64,000 nt of DNA from Blastocatellia bacterium (GTDB taxonomy: Bacteria > Acidobacteriota > Blastocatellia > UBA7656), in NCBI GenBank assembly GCA_035249305.1, contig DATFGQ010000103.1, positions 6,542-70,541 on the forward strand, read 5' to 3'. Both the position numbers and the translations under genes were made by a program. Shown one piece after another: positions 54,020-63,043 of the stretch. The notes under the pieces were generated by a model. It was not told the DNA's origin and ran no database searches. It was given only the letters and a program-made list of their open reading frames with translations. How positions within the stretch are numbered: the stretch's first letter is position 1; the number at the start of each line of letters is the position of its first letter.

Positions 54020-54589
54020 TCACCCGCCGTTCTCTTCTACGGAGGCTTCCGGCCCGCGCGAGGCGATCTTCTGCCGCAGGTTGCGGAGCCTGTCGCGCTC
54101 CTCTTCGAGGTCCGCGAGCGCGATCTCGCGCTGCTGGCGCTCCTGGCCGAGCTGCTCGACCTCGCGGCGCGAGGTCAGCTTGCGCCGGACTCTTTTCGCG
54201 CCCAGCAGCACGACCGCCAGGAGCGCGAGGTAGAAGACCCACTCGCCGAAAAGCGGGCGCGCTACGGTCATAAAGAAGGCGATGACGAGCAGCGCCAGGC
54301 TGAAGACGCCGAACACGGCGCAGCCCATCTGTAGCGGCGCGCCCTGCTCTTTGCTCCGTATCACCTCGACCTGCCCGCTCAGGTCTTCGATCACCTCGTC
54401 TAGCTCTGCGAGCCGCGCGTCGAGCGAGGGGCCTTCGCCGCCGGGCTTGAGGGTGACAAGGTTGATCGCCCCCTTGTACTGGCGCACGTGGTAAGCCGCG
54501 CCGCAGGCGGCGCATATCACGTTGTCGAAGTCTCGCGGGAATTCGAGCGCGGTCCCGCACTCGCCGCAGGTTGTCTTTATTATCTCCAT
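54020..54589 (-). CDS. hypothetical zinc-ribbon membrane protein
   Basis: CGEC...17 aa...CAAC zinc-ribbon pattern, two TM helices (GCAVFGVFSLALLVIAFFM and WVFYLALLAVVLLGA) and a C-terminal coiled-coil. Confidence 0.6.
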   Translation of the reverse strand: MEIIKTTCGECGTALEFPRDFDNVICAACGAAYHVRQYKGAINLVTLKPGGEGPSLDARLAELDEVIEDLSGQVEVIRSKEQGAPLQMGCAVFGVFSLALLVIAFFMTVARPLFGEWVFYLALLAVVLLGAKRVRRKLTSRREVEQLGQERQQREIALADLEEERDRLRNLRQKIASRGPEASVEENGG

Positions 54590-54715
54590 CGCTTCTCAAA
54601 ATACTATTGCCGGAAATCCCTTTTTCTTCAACTACGGCCCGCGGCCCGCCTAACTTTTATTGTCCCAGTCGTTGTTGTATAGTTTTTCATTCAACCGAAG
54701 GGAAGAATCACGAGA

Positions 54716-56116
54716 ATGGCAGACATCGAAACGATAACGAGCCTCGCCAAACGGCGCGGCTTTGCTTTCCAATCGAGCGACGTTTATGGCGGGCTCGGCA
54801 GCGTATGGGATTACGGCCCGCTCGGCGTTGAGCTGGTCAACAACGTCAAGCGCGCATGGTGGCGCGCCGTCGTCTACGAGCGCGACGACATGGTAGGGCT
54901 CGACGCGGGGATATTGATGAACCGGCTGGTGTGGAGATACTCCGGCCACGAAGAGACCTTCTCCGACCCGCTCGTCGATTGCCGCAAGTGCAAATCCCGG
55001 CTGCGCGCCGACAAGATCGAAGGGGGCAAGTGCCCCGCCTGCGGCTCTACGGATTTGACGGAGCCGCGCCAGTTCAACCTGATGTTCCGCACCACGGTGG
55101 GGCCGGTCGAAGACGAGTCGGGCCTGGCCTACCTGCGGCCCGAGACGGCGCAGGGCATCTTCGTCAACTTCAAGAACGTGTTGGACACTACGAACCGCAA
55201 GCTGCCGTTCGGCATTGCGCAGATAGGCAAGGCGTTCCGCAACGAGATCACGCCGGGCAACTTCATCTTCCGCACGCGCGAGTTCGAGCAGATGGAGATA
55301 GAGTATTTCGTAAAGCCGCCTCACATACTGAAGCCGGGCGAGCCGAGCGACGAGGAGTGGCACGAGCGGTGGATCGAGGACCGTTTCAACTGGTACACGT
55401 CGCTAGGCATACGCGCGGAGAACCTGCGCAAATACGAGCAGCCGCGAGCGGAGCTTGCGCACTACGCCAAGCGCACGGTAGATCTGCAATACCGCTTCTT
55501 CCCCGAGCGCGAAGACGAAGAGAAGCAGTGGGATGAGCTTGAGGGCATTGCCAACCGCACGGACTTCGACCTGAAGTCTCATTCTAAGAAACCGGCGAAC
55601 GAAGAGGGCAAGCGGCTCAACCCGGATTCGACGGCCGACCTCACCTATTTCGACCACGAATCGAACCAGCACGTCTTCCCTTACGTGATAGAGCCATCGG
55701 CGGGCGTTGCCCGCTCGGTCCTGGCCTTCCTGATGGACGCCTACGCGGAAGAAGAGGTCGGCGCGGAAAAGCGCGTCGTCTTGAAGCTCCACCGCGACCT
55801 CGCCCCGATCAAGGTGGCCGTGTTGCCGCTTGCGAAAAACAAAGAAGGGATCGTTGGGCTCGCGAAAGAGATCAAGTCCCGCTTGCAGCGCACGGGCGCG
55901 ATGCGCGCGGTCTACGACGACACGGCAGGCATAGGCAAGCTGTACCGTCGCCAGGACGAGGTCGGCACGCCGCTGTGCATAACCGTTGACCACCAGTCGC
56001 TTGAAGATAATCAGGTGACTATACGCGACCGCGACACCATGCAGCAGGAGCGCGTCGGCGTAGACGACATCGAGAAGACGATCGGCCGAAAGCTGGGACT
56101 GGCCGTCAGCCTCTAA
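54716..56116 (+). CDS. glyQS: glycine--tRNA ligase (class II, homodimeric type)
   Basis: Starts [45 protein letters not shown]. Also contains ...[14 protein letters not shown]... and ...[25 protein letters not shown].... Confidence 0.97.
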   Translation: MADIETITSLAKRRGFAFQSSDVYGGLGSVWDYGPLGVELVNNVKRAWWRAVVYERDDMVGLDAGILMNRLVWRYSGHEETFSDPLVDCRKCKSRLRADKIEGGKCPACGSTDLTEPRQFNLMFRTTVGPVEDESGLAYLRPETAQGIFVNFKNVLDTTNRKLPFGIAQIGKAFRNEITPGNFIFRTREFEQMEIEYFVKPPHILKPGEPSDEEWHERWIEDRFNWYTSLGIRAENLRKYEQPRAELAHYAKRTVDLQYRFFPEREDEEKQWDELEGIANRTDFDLKSHSKKPANEEGKRLNPDSTADLTYFDHESNQHVFPYVIEPSAGVARSVLAFLMDAYAEEEVGAEKRVVLKLHRDLAPIKVAVLPLAKNKEGIVGLAKEIKSRLQRTGAMRAVYDDTAGIGKLYRRQDEVGTPLCITVDHQSLEDNQVTIRDRDTMQQERVGVDDIEKTIGRKLGLAVSL

Positions 56117-56148
56117 CAGACCAAACTACTCGAAAGGAGATTTCGTGA

Positions 56149-56595
56149 ATGAAAGCTCTGAAGACAGGGTTAGTAATTACATTGACAGTTTTATTCTATA
56201 TCGCCTGTGGCTCTCCTCAGACCGCGAACCAGAATGGGCCGGTTCAACCATCGAACTCAAACACAAGCTCGACCGCGGCTACGCCTACAGGCGACCAGGC
56301 GAACGCGAACGCCACGTCGAAGCCGATCAACAAGGCTGACCCGGTCGCGGGCGTCGACGCGGTGGGGTTGTTTGAAAAGCACAAGTGCGCCCTCTGTCAT
56401 GGCGTGGACGGCAAGGGGAAGGCCAAAGGGGCGCCCGACTTCACCAACGCCGAGTGGCAGGCCAAAGAGAGCAACGACGAGCTGATCAAACAGATCAAGG
56501 AAGGCGACCCGCCGAAGATGCCCGCGTATAAAGATAAGCTGAGCGACATCGAGCTCAAGGCGCTAGTCGGCCACATCCGCTCTTTCGCGAAATAA
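56149..56595 (+). CDS. c-type cytochrome, probable lipoprotein
   Basis: Lipobox-like FYIACGS, haem motif CALCHG and distal ...PKMPAY.... Confidence 0.8.
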   Translation: MKALKTGLVITLTVLFYIACGSPQTANQNGPVQPSNSNTSSTAATPTGDQANANATSKPINKADPVAGVDAVGLFEKHKCALCHGVDGKGKAKGAPDFTNAEWQAKESNDELIKQIKEGDPPKMPAYKDKLSDIELKALVGHIRSFAK

Positions 56596-56602
56596 CAGAG
56601 GC

Positions 56603-56654
56603 AGGGGCCATCTGAAATATCAAATATCAAATTTGAAATTTCAAAGTGGCCCCT
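56603..56654 (+). repeat. hairpin with GC clamp and AT-rich heptamer interior; possible terminator of the cytochrome c gene
   Basis: AGGGGCCA (56603-10) pairs with TGGCCCCT (56647-54), enclosing TCTGAAATATCAAATATCAAATTTGAAATTTCAAAG. There is no T-tract afterwards. Confidence 0.6.
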
Positions 56655-56663
56655 GACGCCTGC

Positions 56664-57938
56664 ATGAACCGGGCAGTGTTGACCATCTGCGAAGCGGTGC
56701 GCGCGGCGGGCGGCAGGGCGATGCTCGTCGGCGGGTGGGTGCGCGATTACTTGCTCGGCATTGAGTCGAAAGACTTCGACATAGAGGTCTACGGCGTGGA
56801 GCCTCAAAGGCTCCGCGCGCTGCTCGAAACTATCGCCCCAGTCAACGCCGTAGGCTGGCAATTCGCGGTTTACAAGCTCGCCTTTCGCGGCCCTCCTTCA
56901 TTCGAGATAGACGTTTCAATCCCGAGGCGCGAGTCAAAATCCGGGCGCGGCCACCGCGGCTTCACCATAGAAGGCGACCCGCAGATGTCTTTTGAAGAGG
57001 CCGCACGCAGGCGCGACTTCACCGTCAACGCGATCCTCTTCGACCCCCTGACCGACGAGGTCGTCGACCCGTTCGGCGGCGCGAGCGACTTGAAGGCGCG
57101 GCTCCTGCGGGCCGTCGACGACGACACGTTCGTCGAAGACAGCCTCCGCGTGTTGCGCGCCGTTCAGCTCGCCGCGCGCTTCGAGATGTCGGTCGAGCCG
57201 CGCACGGCACGGTTGTGCGGGGCCGTAGACCTCGCGGACCTCCCTCACGAGCGCGTCTGGGGCGAGGTGGAAAAACTCTTAACGATGGCCGCGCGCCCAT
57301 CGATAGGCATTCAAGTCGCGCTCGAACTCGGCGTGCTCGATAAGCTCTTCCCCGAAATCCGCGCACTCGCCGATGGCGATCTATTCGCTCACACGAAACT
57401 CGCTATGGACGAGGCCGCCCGCCTCACCGTCGACCTGACAAAAGAGAAGCGCGTGGCCGTCATGCTCGCCGTCCTGTGCCACGGCCTCGGGGTCGAAGCG
57501 GCGCGCGGTGTGATGAGCCGGCTCGGGCTTTACACGCTTTCGGGCTACGACGTTCGGTCGCAAGCGCTCGCCTTGGTGCGCGAGCACTTGAGGCCGGCCG
57601 AGTTTTATGACGACCGCGAGCAGCTCGCGGACGGCGCATTCCGCAGGCTCGCGCGCACCGTCGACCTGGACCTGCTCTATCGCGTCGCCAAAGCCGTCGC
57701 GGTTGGACGCGGCGCGGCGTCGGCCATAAAGGAAGATTGGTTCATCGAAAAGGCGCGCGAGCTTGGAGTCGAATACCGCGCGCCCGAGCCAGTGCTGAAA
57801 GGCCGCCACCTGATAGAAGCCGGCTTCGCGCCGGGCCCTCGGATGGGCGAGATACTGCGCGCGGTCTACGAGCTGCAATTAGACGGCCGCGTAGCCGACC
57901 TCGACCAGGCCCTCGCCGCCGCGCGCCGCCTCGCATGA
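56664..57938 (+). CDS. cca: tRNA nucleotidyltransferase / poly(A) polymerase family protein (CCA-adding enzyme-like)
   Basis: Head domain GGRAMLVGGWVRDYLLG...DFDIEVY...RRDFTVNA. The ATG at 56664 is preferred because the GTG at 56646 lies inside the hairpin. Confidence 0.8.
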   Translation: MNRAVLTICEAVRAAGGRAMLVGGWVRDYLLGIESKDFDIEVYGVEPQRLRALLETIAPVNAVGWQFAVYKLAFRGPPSFEIDVSIPRRESKSGRGHRGFTIEGDPQMSFEEAARRRDFTVNAILFDPLTDEVVDPFGGASDLKARLLRAVDDDTFVEDSLRVLRAVQLAARFEMSVEPRTARLCGAVDLADLPHERVWGEVEKLLTMAARPSIGIQVALELGVLDKLFPEIRALADGDLFAHTKLAMDEAARLTVDLTKEKRVAVMLAVLCHGLGVEAARGVMSRLGLYTLSGYDVRSQALALVREHLRPAEFYDDREQLADGAFRRLARTVDLDLLYRVAKAVAVGRGAASAIKEDWFIEKARELGVEYRAPEPVLKGRHLIEAGFAPGPRMGEILRAVYELQLDGRVADLDQALAAARRLA

Positions 57939-57963
57939 CCCTCTCACCTTTCGATCTTTATCG

Positions 57964-57992
57964 TTGACAATAGCCCTGTTTAACTATATTCT
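57964..57992 (+). promoter_or_regulatory. sigma70-type promoter candidate for feoAB
   Basis: Perfect -35 TTGACA (57964-69) and a -10 region TATATTCT (57985-92). The TATTCT hexamer sits at 17-nt spacing. Confidence 0.55.
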
Positions 57993-57998
57993 TCGGGT

Positions 57999-58031
57999 GA
58001 GGCAAATTGAAAATGACTTTCAATTTGCCTC
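57999..58031 (+). promoter_or_regulatory. perfect 14-bp inverted repeat operator, Fur-box-like
   Basis: GAGGCAAATTGAAA-ATGAC-TTTCAATTTGCCTC. The core TGAAAAT-G-ACTTTCA matches the 7-1-7 Fur motif TGATAAT-N-ATTATCA at 11 of 14 positions. It lies immediately downstream of the promoter and upstream of feoA. Confidence 0.6.
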
Positions 58032-58067
58032 AATCTTGCCTGACAGGTTTAGTTGGAGAGGTATCGT

Positions 58068-58286
58068 ATGAGTCTGCTGGATGCGCCGATGAACGAGTGG
58101 CGTCGGATCGACCGGCTCGAAGGGCCTGATGAAGAGTGCCGCCGTCTGCTCGACCTGGGGCTGACGCCGGGCGAAGAGATGGCCGTCGTGCAATCGGTCC
58201 CTCTGGGAGACCCCCTTGTGGTCGTAGTGCGCGGAATGCGCCTCGCCCTGAGGCGGCGCGAAGCCTCGTGGGTACAGGTTCTATAA
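58068..58286 (+). CDS. feoA: ferrous iron transport protein A
   Basis: GGAGAGG RBS. Small SH3-like FeoA pattern: RRLLDLGLTPGEEMAVVQSVPLGDPLVVVVRGMRLALRRREA. Confidence 0.88.
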   Translation: MSLLDAPMNEWRRIDRLEGPDEECRRLLDLGLTPGEEMAVVQSVPLGDPLVVVVRGMRLALRRREASWVQVL

Positions 58287-60284
58287 GTGGACATAGGTTC
58301 AGTAAAGGTGGCCACGCCCGCAGTCCCAACCCAGCAAGAAAAAGCACCGGACCAGGGGACCGAGCCGCGAGCTTTAACGGTCTGTCTTGCGGGCGTCCCG
58401 AATGCCGGTAAGACCGCGCTGATGAACGCGCTGACGGGCGGCGGTTTCCACACGGCGAACTACCCCGGCGTCACCGTGACGCTTTCGCGGGGCAAGAGCC
58501 GCGCGGAGTTCGGCCCGCAGCTTTCGCTCGTCGACCTGCCGGGCGTGCACAGCCCAGTTGCGCCTTCGCCCGAAGAAGAGCTCTCCTGCCGGGTCCTCGA
58601 AGGCCGACACCCCTCGATTCAGCCCGACGCGATAATAGTCGTCGTCGACGCGACGCAGTTGGAACGCCATCTCAAGTTCGCCTCCTTCGTGGCGCGGCGC
58701 GGCAAGCCCATAGTAATTGCGCTAACGATGATTGACCTGCTCGCGCGCACGAACCAGTCGGTCAACGCCCGCCGCCTGGCCGACGCGCTGAACGTACCCG
58801 TAGTGCCCGTCGACGGGCGGACTTCGTGGGGTGTGGCCGAGTTGGTCCAGAAGCTCCGCCTTAGCGTCGAACGGCCCGCGACCGGCTACAACGTACTGGC
58901 CGACCTGCCCGAAGAGCCCGTAGAGGCTTACCGCACGATACGCGAACTCTTAGACCGAAGCGGCGCCGTAAAACAGACGAAGCCGCTGCTGGTTGCGGAG
59001 GACTCTCGCACGGCGCGCATAGACCGGCTGGTCTTGCACCGCTACCTCGGCTTCCCGATATTTTTCGCGATACTCGGAGCGCTGTTCGCGTCGATCTTCT
59101 GGGCCGCGCAGCCGTTTATGGATCTGATCGACTGGGGTTTTACTCAGGCGAGCGCGGGCGTGCTCAACCTGCTGCCCGAAGGCGTGCTGTCGAGCTTCTT
59201 AGCCGAAGGCATCATAGGCGGGGTCGGGTCGGTCGCGGTCTTCTTCCCTCAGATCGTAATACTCTTTTTTCTGATGACGCTGCTCGAAGATTCGGGCTAT
59301 CTCTCGCGCGGCGCTGCGCTCGTCGATAAGCCGCTCTCGCACCTCGGACTGCACGGCCGCTCGTTCGTGCCGATGCTTTCGGGTTACGCCTGCGCGATCC
59401 CTGCGGTGCTTGCCGCCCGCACGATCCCGCAAAAGCGAGAGCGGCTGCTTACCATCTGGATCATCCCGCTTATGAGTTGCAGCGCACGCCTGCCGGTCTA
59501 CGCGCTGCTCCTGGCCGCGCTCTTGCCGGGCGCGCCGGGCAAGGCGGGCCTGATACTTGCCGCCATCTACGTCGCCAGCCTGCTCGCGGGCGCTCTCACG
59601 GCGGGGCTGATAAGCCGGTTCATACTCGGCAAGCGGTCGAGCTCTATGCTCGCCATGGAGATGCCCGTCTACCGCCGGCCGCTTTTGAAGCCGACGCTGA
59701 GAATGACCTGGACGCGGTCGTCGGCCTATCTCAAGAAGGCCGCAGCCCCGATCATAATTATCTCATCCTGTCTGTGGCTGCTCTCGAATTTCGGGTTAGG
59801 CGCGAGCCAGCCCGCCACGGCAGACGGCCAGGCGGCTTCTTTTATCGCCCGAAGCGAGCTTGACCAATCGCTTGCGGCAGAGCTCGGGCAGACGATGGAG
59901 CCCGCGCTCAAGCCTATGGGGATAGACTGGCGCGTCGGCGTAGGGCTGATCGCGGCCTTCGCTGCGCGCGAAGTCTTCGTCAGCACGATGGCGATCGTCT
60001 TTCACGTGGCCGACGACGAGGAGACCCGGCAGGAAGGGCTGCTCGAAAGCATGCGCGCCGCGACGTTTGGTGAGAGCTCGCAAAAGGTCTTCACCACGTC
60101 GAGCGTGATCGGGCTGATAATCTTCTTCTTCTTCTCGCTGCAATGCCTGTCTACTGTCTCGGTCGTCCGCAGCGAGACAGGCTCCTGGCGCGTGGCGGGG
60201 CTGCAACTGCTTTTCTACACAGGCCTCGGTTACCTCCTCTCTTCGGCCACGGTTCAGGGCTTGCGCCTGTTGGGCGTAGACTGA
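58287..60284 (+). CDS. feoB: ferrous iron transport protein B
   Basis: G-domain GVPNAGKTALMNALTG...DLPG, then a multi-TM permease region with typical FeoB gate motifs. GTG start directly after the feoA stop. Confidence 0.93.
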   Translation: MDIGSVKVATPAVPTQQEKAPDQGTEPRALTVCLAGVPNAGKTALMNALTGGGFHTANYPGVTVTLSRGKSRAEFGPQLSLVDLPGVHSPVAPSPEEELSCRVLEGRHPSIQPDAIIVVVDATQLERHLKFASFVARRGKPIVIALTMIDLLARTNQSVNARRLADALNVPVVPVDGRTSWGVAELVQKLRLSVERPATGYNVLADLPEEPVEAYRTIRELLDRSGAVKQTKPLLVAEDSRTARIDRLVLHRYLGFPIFFAILGALFASIFWAAQPFMDLIDWGFTQASAGVLNLLPEGVLSSFLAEGIIGGVGSVAVFFPQIVILFFLMTLLEDSGYLSRGAALVDKPLSHLGLHGRSFVPMLSGYACAIPAVLAARTIPQKRERLLTIWIIPLMSCSARLPVYALLLAALLPGAPGKAGLILAAIYVASLLAGALTAGLISRFILGKRSSSMLAMEMPVYRRPLLKPTLRMTWTRSSAYLKKAAAPIIIISSCLWLLSNFGLGASQPATADGQAASFIARSELDQSLAAELGQTMEPALKPMGIDWRVGVGLIAAFAAREVFVSTMAIVFHVADDEETRQEGLLESMRAATFGESSQKVFTTSSVIGLIIFFFFSLQCLSTVSVVRSETGSWRVAGLQLLFYTGLGYLLSSATVQGLRLLGVD

Positions 60285-60349
60285 GTGCGCGCCTTTGACA
60301 CCCGCCCCGTCAAGGTCTAACATTGCTCCACACAGGGGATTAAACGACA

Positions 60350-61057
60350 GTGGAGAAGATGGCGGATACCGATTCCTATTTGGTCGAGCGACGGCCCGGG
60401 GGCGATTTGAGGGACCGCGTTAAATGGGCCTTAGTCGGCATCGGCTCGACGTTCGGGCTCCACGTAATAATCTCGCTCATCTTCGCAAGCATCGCGCAGC
60501 CCGCCTCAAGCTCCACAATGTCGGTCATAGTATTCGGGATGGGGCTCGGGGCATTCCTCATAGGCGGCTTCATCGTCGGCTGGATGAGCGAAGAGCTGCG
60601 CTTAATAGACTCGCTGGTAGTCGTCATCACGACGCTCGCGCTCACGACGATCGTCATGCTCGTGCTCCCCGCCACGAGCCGCGAGCAGTTCGTTACGGTC
60701 CTCCCGCTCGGCGACCTCACGGGGCACCCGGCCGAAAGCCTCGTCTTCATATCGCTTGCCGGCGTGGCGGCGGTCGCCGGCACTTACATAGGCTGGCACG
60801 TGACGGTGCCTCAAGAAGGCATAGTCGACCGCATAGCGCTGGTCGTGGGGCTGCTCGGGGCGATAGTCGGCCCCTTCCTTTTGCTTTCGGTAGGCGGGCG
60901 CGAGCAGGGGTCGAATCAGCCCGCGCTCCCCTGGTACTTCTTAGGGATCGTCCTTCTCTTAGTCTTGATTATTATGGGCGTCGGCTTCTTCATGTTCACG
61001 CGCGAGTCGCATCACGAAGAGGAGATATCGATCAGCCCCGATCGCAAAGAGATTTGA
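60350..61057 (+). CDS. hypothetical integral membrane protein
   Basis: About 6 TM helices and coding-like codon bias. No family recognised. The start could be GTG 60350 or ATG 60359. Confidence 0.6.
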   Translation: MEKMADTDSYLVERRPGGDLRDRVKWALVGIGSTFGLHVIISLIFASIAQPASSSTMSVIVFGMGLGAFLIGGFIVGWMSEELRLIDSLVVVITTLALTTIVMLVLPATSREQFVTVLPLGDLTGHPAESLVFISLAGVAAVAGTYIGWHVTVPQEGIVDRIALVVGLLGAIVGPFLLLSVGGREQGSNQPALPWYFLGIVLLLVLIIMGVGFFMFTRESHHEEEISISPDRKEI

Positions 61058-61076
61058 GATTTGAAATCTCAAATCT
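61050..61076. repeat. perfect 27-nt AT-rich palindrome spanning both convergent stop codons
   Basis: AGATTTGAGATTT-G-AAATCTCAAATCT, built from heptamers AGATTTG/AAATCTC, followed by AAGATTTCAAATCC. Confidence 0.9.
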
Positions 61077-63030
61077 AAGATTTCAAATCCCGCAAGTCAT
61101 TAGCCACTTCGGCGGCAGTCTGGTAACGGTCGGCAGGGTTCTTCTTGAGCATTCGCTCTATTATCTTGATGAGCGCGTCGGGGGCGTCTTTGCGGTGCTT
61201 CTTTACGGCCGAAGGGCCGCGCTTGCTTATCGACTCGATAGTCTGAAAATAGGTGTCGCCCTCAAATGGCAGCCGGCCCGTCGTCACTTCGTAAAGCACT
61301 ACGCCGAGCGAGAAGATGTCGGAAAGATGAGTTACTTCACCGCGCCCCGTAGCCTGCTCGGGCGACATGTAGTTCACGGTCCCTAACAGCACTCCCGATT
61401 CGGTCAATCGACTCTTGCCCGACCCGCGCTCAGCCAGCGGCGAAGGTTTCGCCAGCCCGAAGTCGAGCACCTTCACCTTGCCGCGGTCGGTGATCATTAT
61501 GTTCGACGACTTGATGTCGCGGTGGACAACGCCGCGCTCGTGGGCTTCAAACAGCGCCTCGGCCGTCTGTATGCCGATCTCTACAACCGAGCTCAACTCA
61601 ATTGGCCCGTAAGAGAGTCGGTCGGAAAGCGTCTCGCCTTCGACGTACTCCATCACTATGAAAGGGTTGCCGGCCGCTTCGCCTATCTCGTAAATCGTTG
61701 CGATGTTCGGGTGGTTGAGCTGCGAAGCCATCCGCGCCTCCCTCAAGAAGCGCTGCTTCATCGTGTCGTCTTCAACATACTTCGACGCGAGCACCTTTAT
61801 CGCCACCGTGCGGTGGAGGTCCGTGTCGTAGGCTTCGAATATCTCGCCCATGCCGCCCGCGCCTAGCGAGCGCCGTATGTCGAAGCGGCCTATGTGGCCT
61901 TCGGGTTCTATGAGAGGCGGCGCTATGACCTTTTCGGTCTGGCCGTCGTGGACGGCCATCACCGCGCGGTCCGTGTCGCGCAGCTCCGTCGTTATCACGC
62001 GCGGGCGCGAGATCACAGTCGAGAAGAGCTTCGAGAACAAACGCGGCCCGCGGTCGTCTTCGATGAAGTAGCCCGCGCGCTTGAGGTCTTGATAAATATG
62101 GTCCTGCTCCTTTTCGACTCGGCCATCCTCGTTGAACGAGCGTATCGCGCGCCGCTGGCCTTCGCCCATGTGGTCCCAGATGAAGCGGAACTGCCCCTTC
62201 GCCTCGTCCAGGAAAGTCGCCTCGACCTCTTCGCGGTCGAGCTTGCCATCGTTCTCCAGCAGGTGGTCGAAGTAGGCCGAGCAGGCTATCTGCAAAAAGT
62301 ATGGGAAATACCCGGCCGTCTCTATGATCCGCCGCGCGTAGCCTTCAAGCGACAGCCCGGCTTCCGAAGAAGGCTTGACGATCAAGTCCATCGCCTCTTT
62401 GCGCGCGAACGCTCGCAAGAAGACGTTCGTGAAGATGTTGAAGAAGGGCGAGTCGGCTATCAACTGTGTGTGGCAAAGCTCCTGCAAATCCCTGGCCGAG
62501 CTCGTCACGTAGGCCACGTCGTAGTTGTTGGCTATGGACCGCAAGAAAGAGTAGAACTCAAGATCGAAGGCGCGGTTGGTCGTGATCGCGTCGAACTCGT
62601 CGAACAGGACTATCAGCTTGCGCCCGTCGCGCCGGAAATTCTCAAGAACGCTGCGGACCGAATCGAACGTCGGGTCGAGGCCGTTGAGGGCGTCGTCGCC
62701 GGTCTCTTTGGCTAACAGCGAGAAGAGCTCTTTGAAAAACTCCGTGAGCGTGAGCCGCCGTTTCTGTTGCAGGTCTATGAAGGCGAAAGCGTATGACTGA
62801 GAGCGGTCCAGGAGGCGCACGCGCACTTCGGGGTGGTTGATGAAGTAGAGGAGGGACGATTTACCTATGCGCCGCTCGCCGACTACGGATATCGATTGCG
62901 GCCGCGACGCGCCAATGCGCGAGAATATTTTTGATACCTCGCGCGTGCGCCCGAAGAACTGTTTCGGGTCTTTGATCGCGACCCGGTTCAGATACGGGTT
63001 GCGCGGCGTCGCCTGATCGATTGATGACAT
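61075..63030 (-). CDS. fusion protein: N-terminal COG1672/ORC-Cdc6-type AAA ATPase + C-terminal Hanks Ser/Thr kinase
   Basis: ATPase motifs: FFGRTREV...VVGERRIGKSSLL (Walker A) and LIVLFDEFD (Walker B). Kinase motifs: LGAGGMGEIF, VAIKVL, HRDIKSSNIM, DFGLAK and YMSPEQ. Confidence 0.85.
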   Translation of the reverse strand: MSSIDQATPRNPYLNRVAIKDPKQFFGRTREVSKIFSRIGASRPQSISVVGERRIGKSSLLYFINHPEVRVRLLDRSQSYAFAFIDLQQKRRLTLTEFFKELFSLLAKETGDDALNGLDPTFDSVRSVLENFRRDGRKLIVLFDEFDAITTNRAFDLEFYSFLRSIANNYDVAYVTSSARDLQELCHTQLIADSPFFNIFTNVFLRAFARKEAMDLIVKPSSEAGLSLEGYARRIIETAGYFPYFLQIACSAYFDHLLENDGKLDREEVEATFLDEAKGQFRFIWDHMGEGQRRAIRSFNEDGRVEKEQDHIYQDLKRAGYFIEDDRGPRLFSKLFSTVISRPRVITTELRDTDRAVMAVHDGQTEKVIAPPLIEPEGHIGRFDIRRSLGAGGMGEIFEAYDTDLHRTVAIKVLASKYVEDDTMKQRFLREARMASQLNHPNIATIYEIGEAAGNPFIVMEYVEGETLSDRLSYGPIELSSVVEIGIQTAEALFEAHERGVVHRDIKSSNIMITDRGKVKVLDFGLAKPSPLAERGSGKSRLTESGVLLGTVNYMSPEQATGRGEVTHLSDIFSLGVVLYEVTTGRLPFEGDTYFQTIESISKRGPSAVKKHRKDAPDALIKIIERMLKKNPADRYQTAAEVANDLRDLKS

Positions 63031-63043
63031 AACAACTCTGATT

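Noticed and set aside
53964-54599. 211-aa ORF in another frame on the same strand as 54020..54589, and ORF 54856..55536(+) inside glyQS.
   Set aside because: Both are Arg/Pro/Ala-rich out-of-frame products. The chosen frames encode a zinc ribbon with TM helices and the highly conserved GlyRS, respectively.
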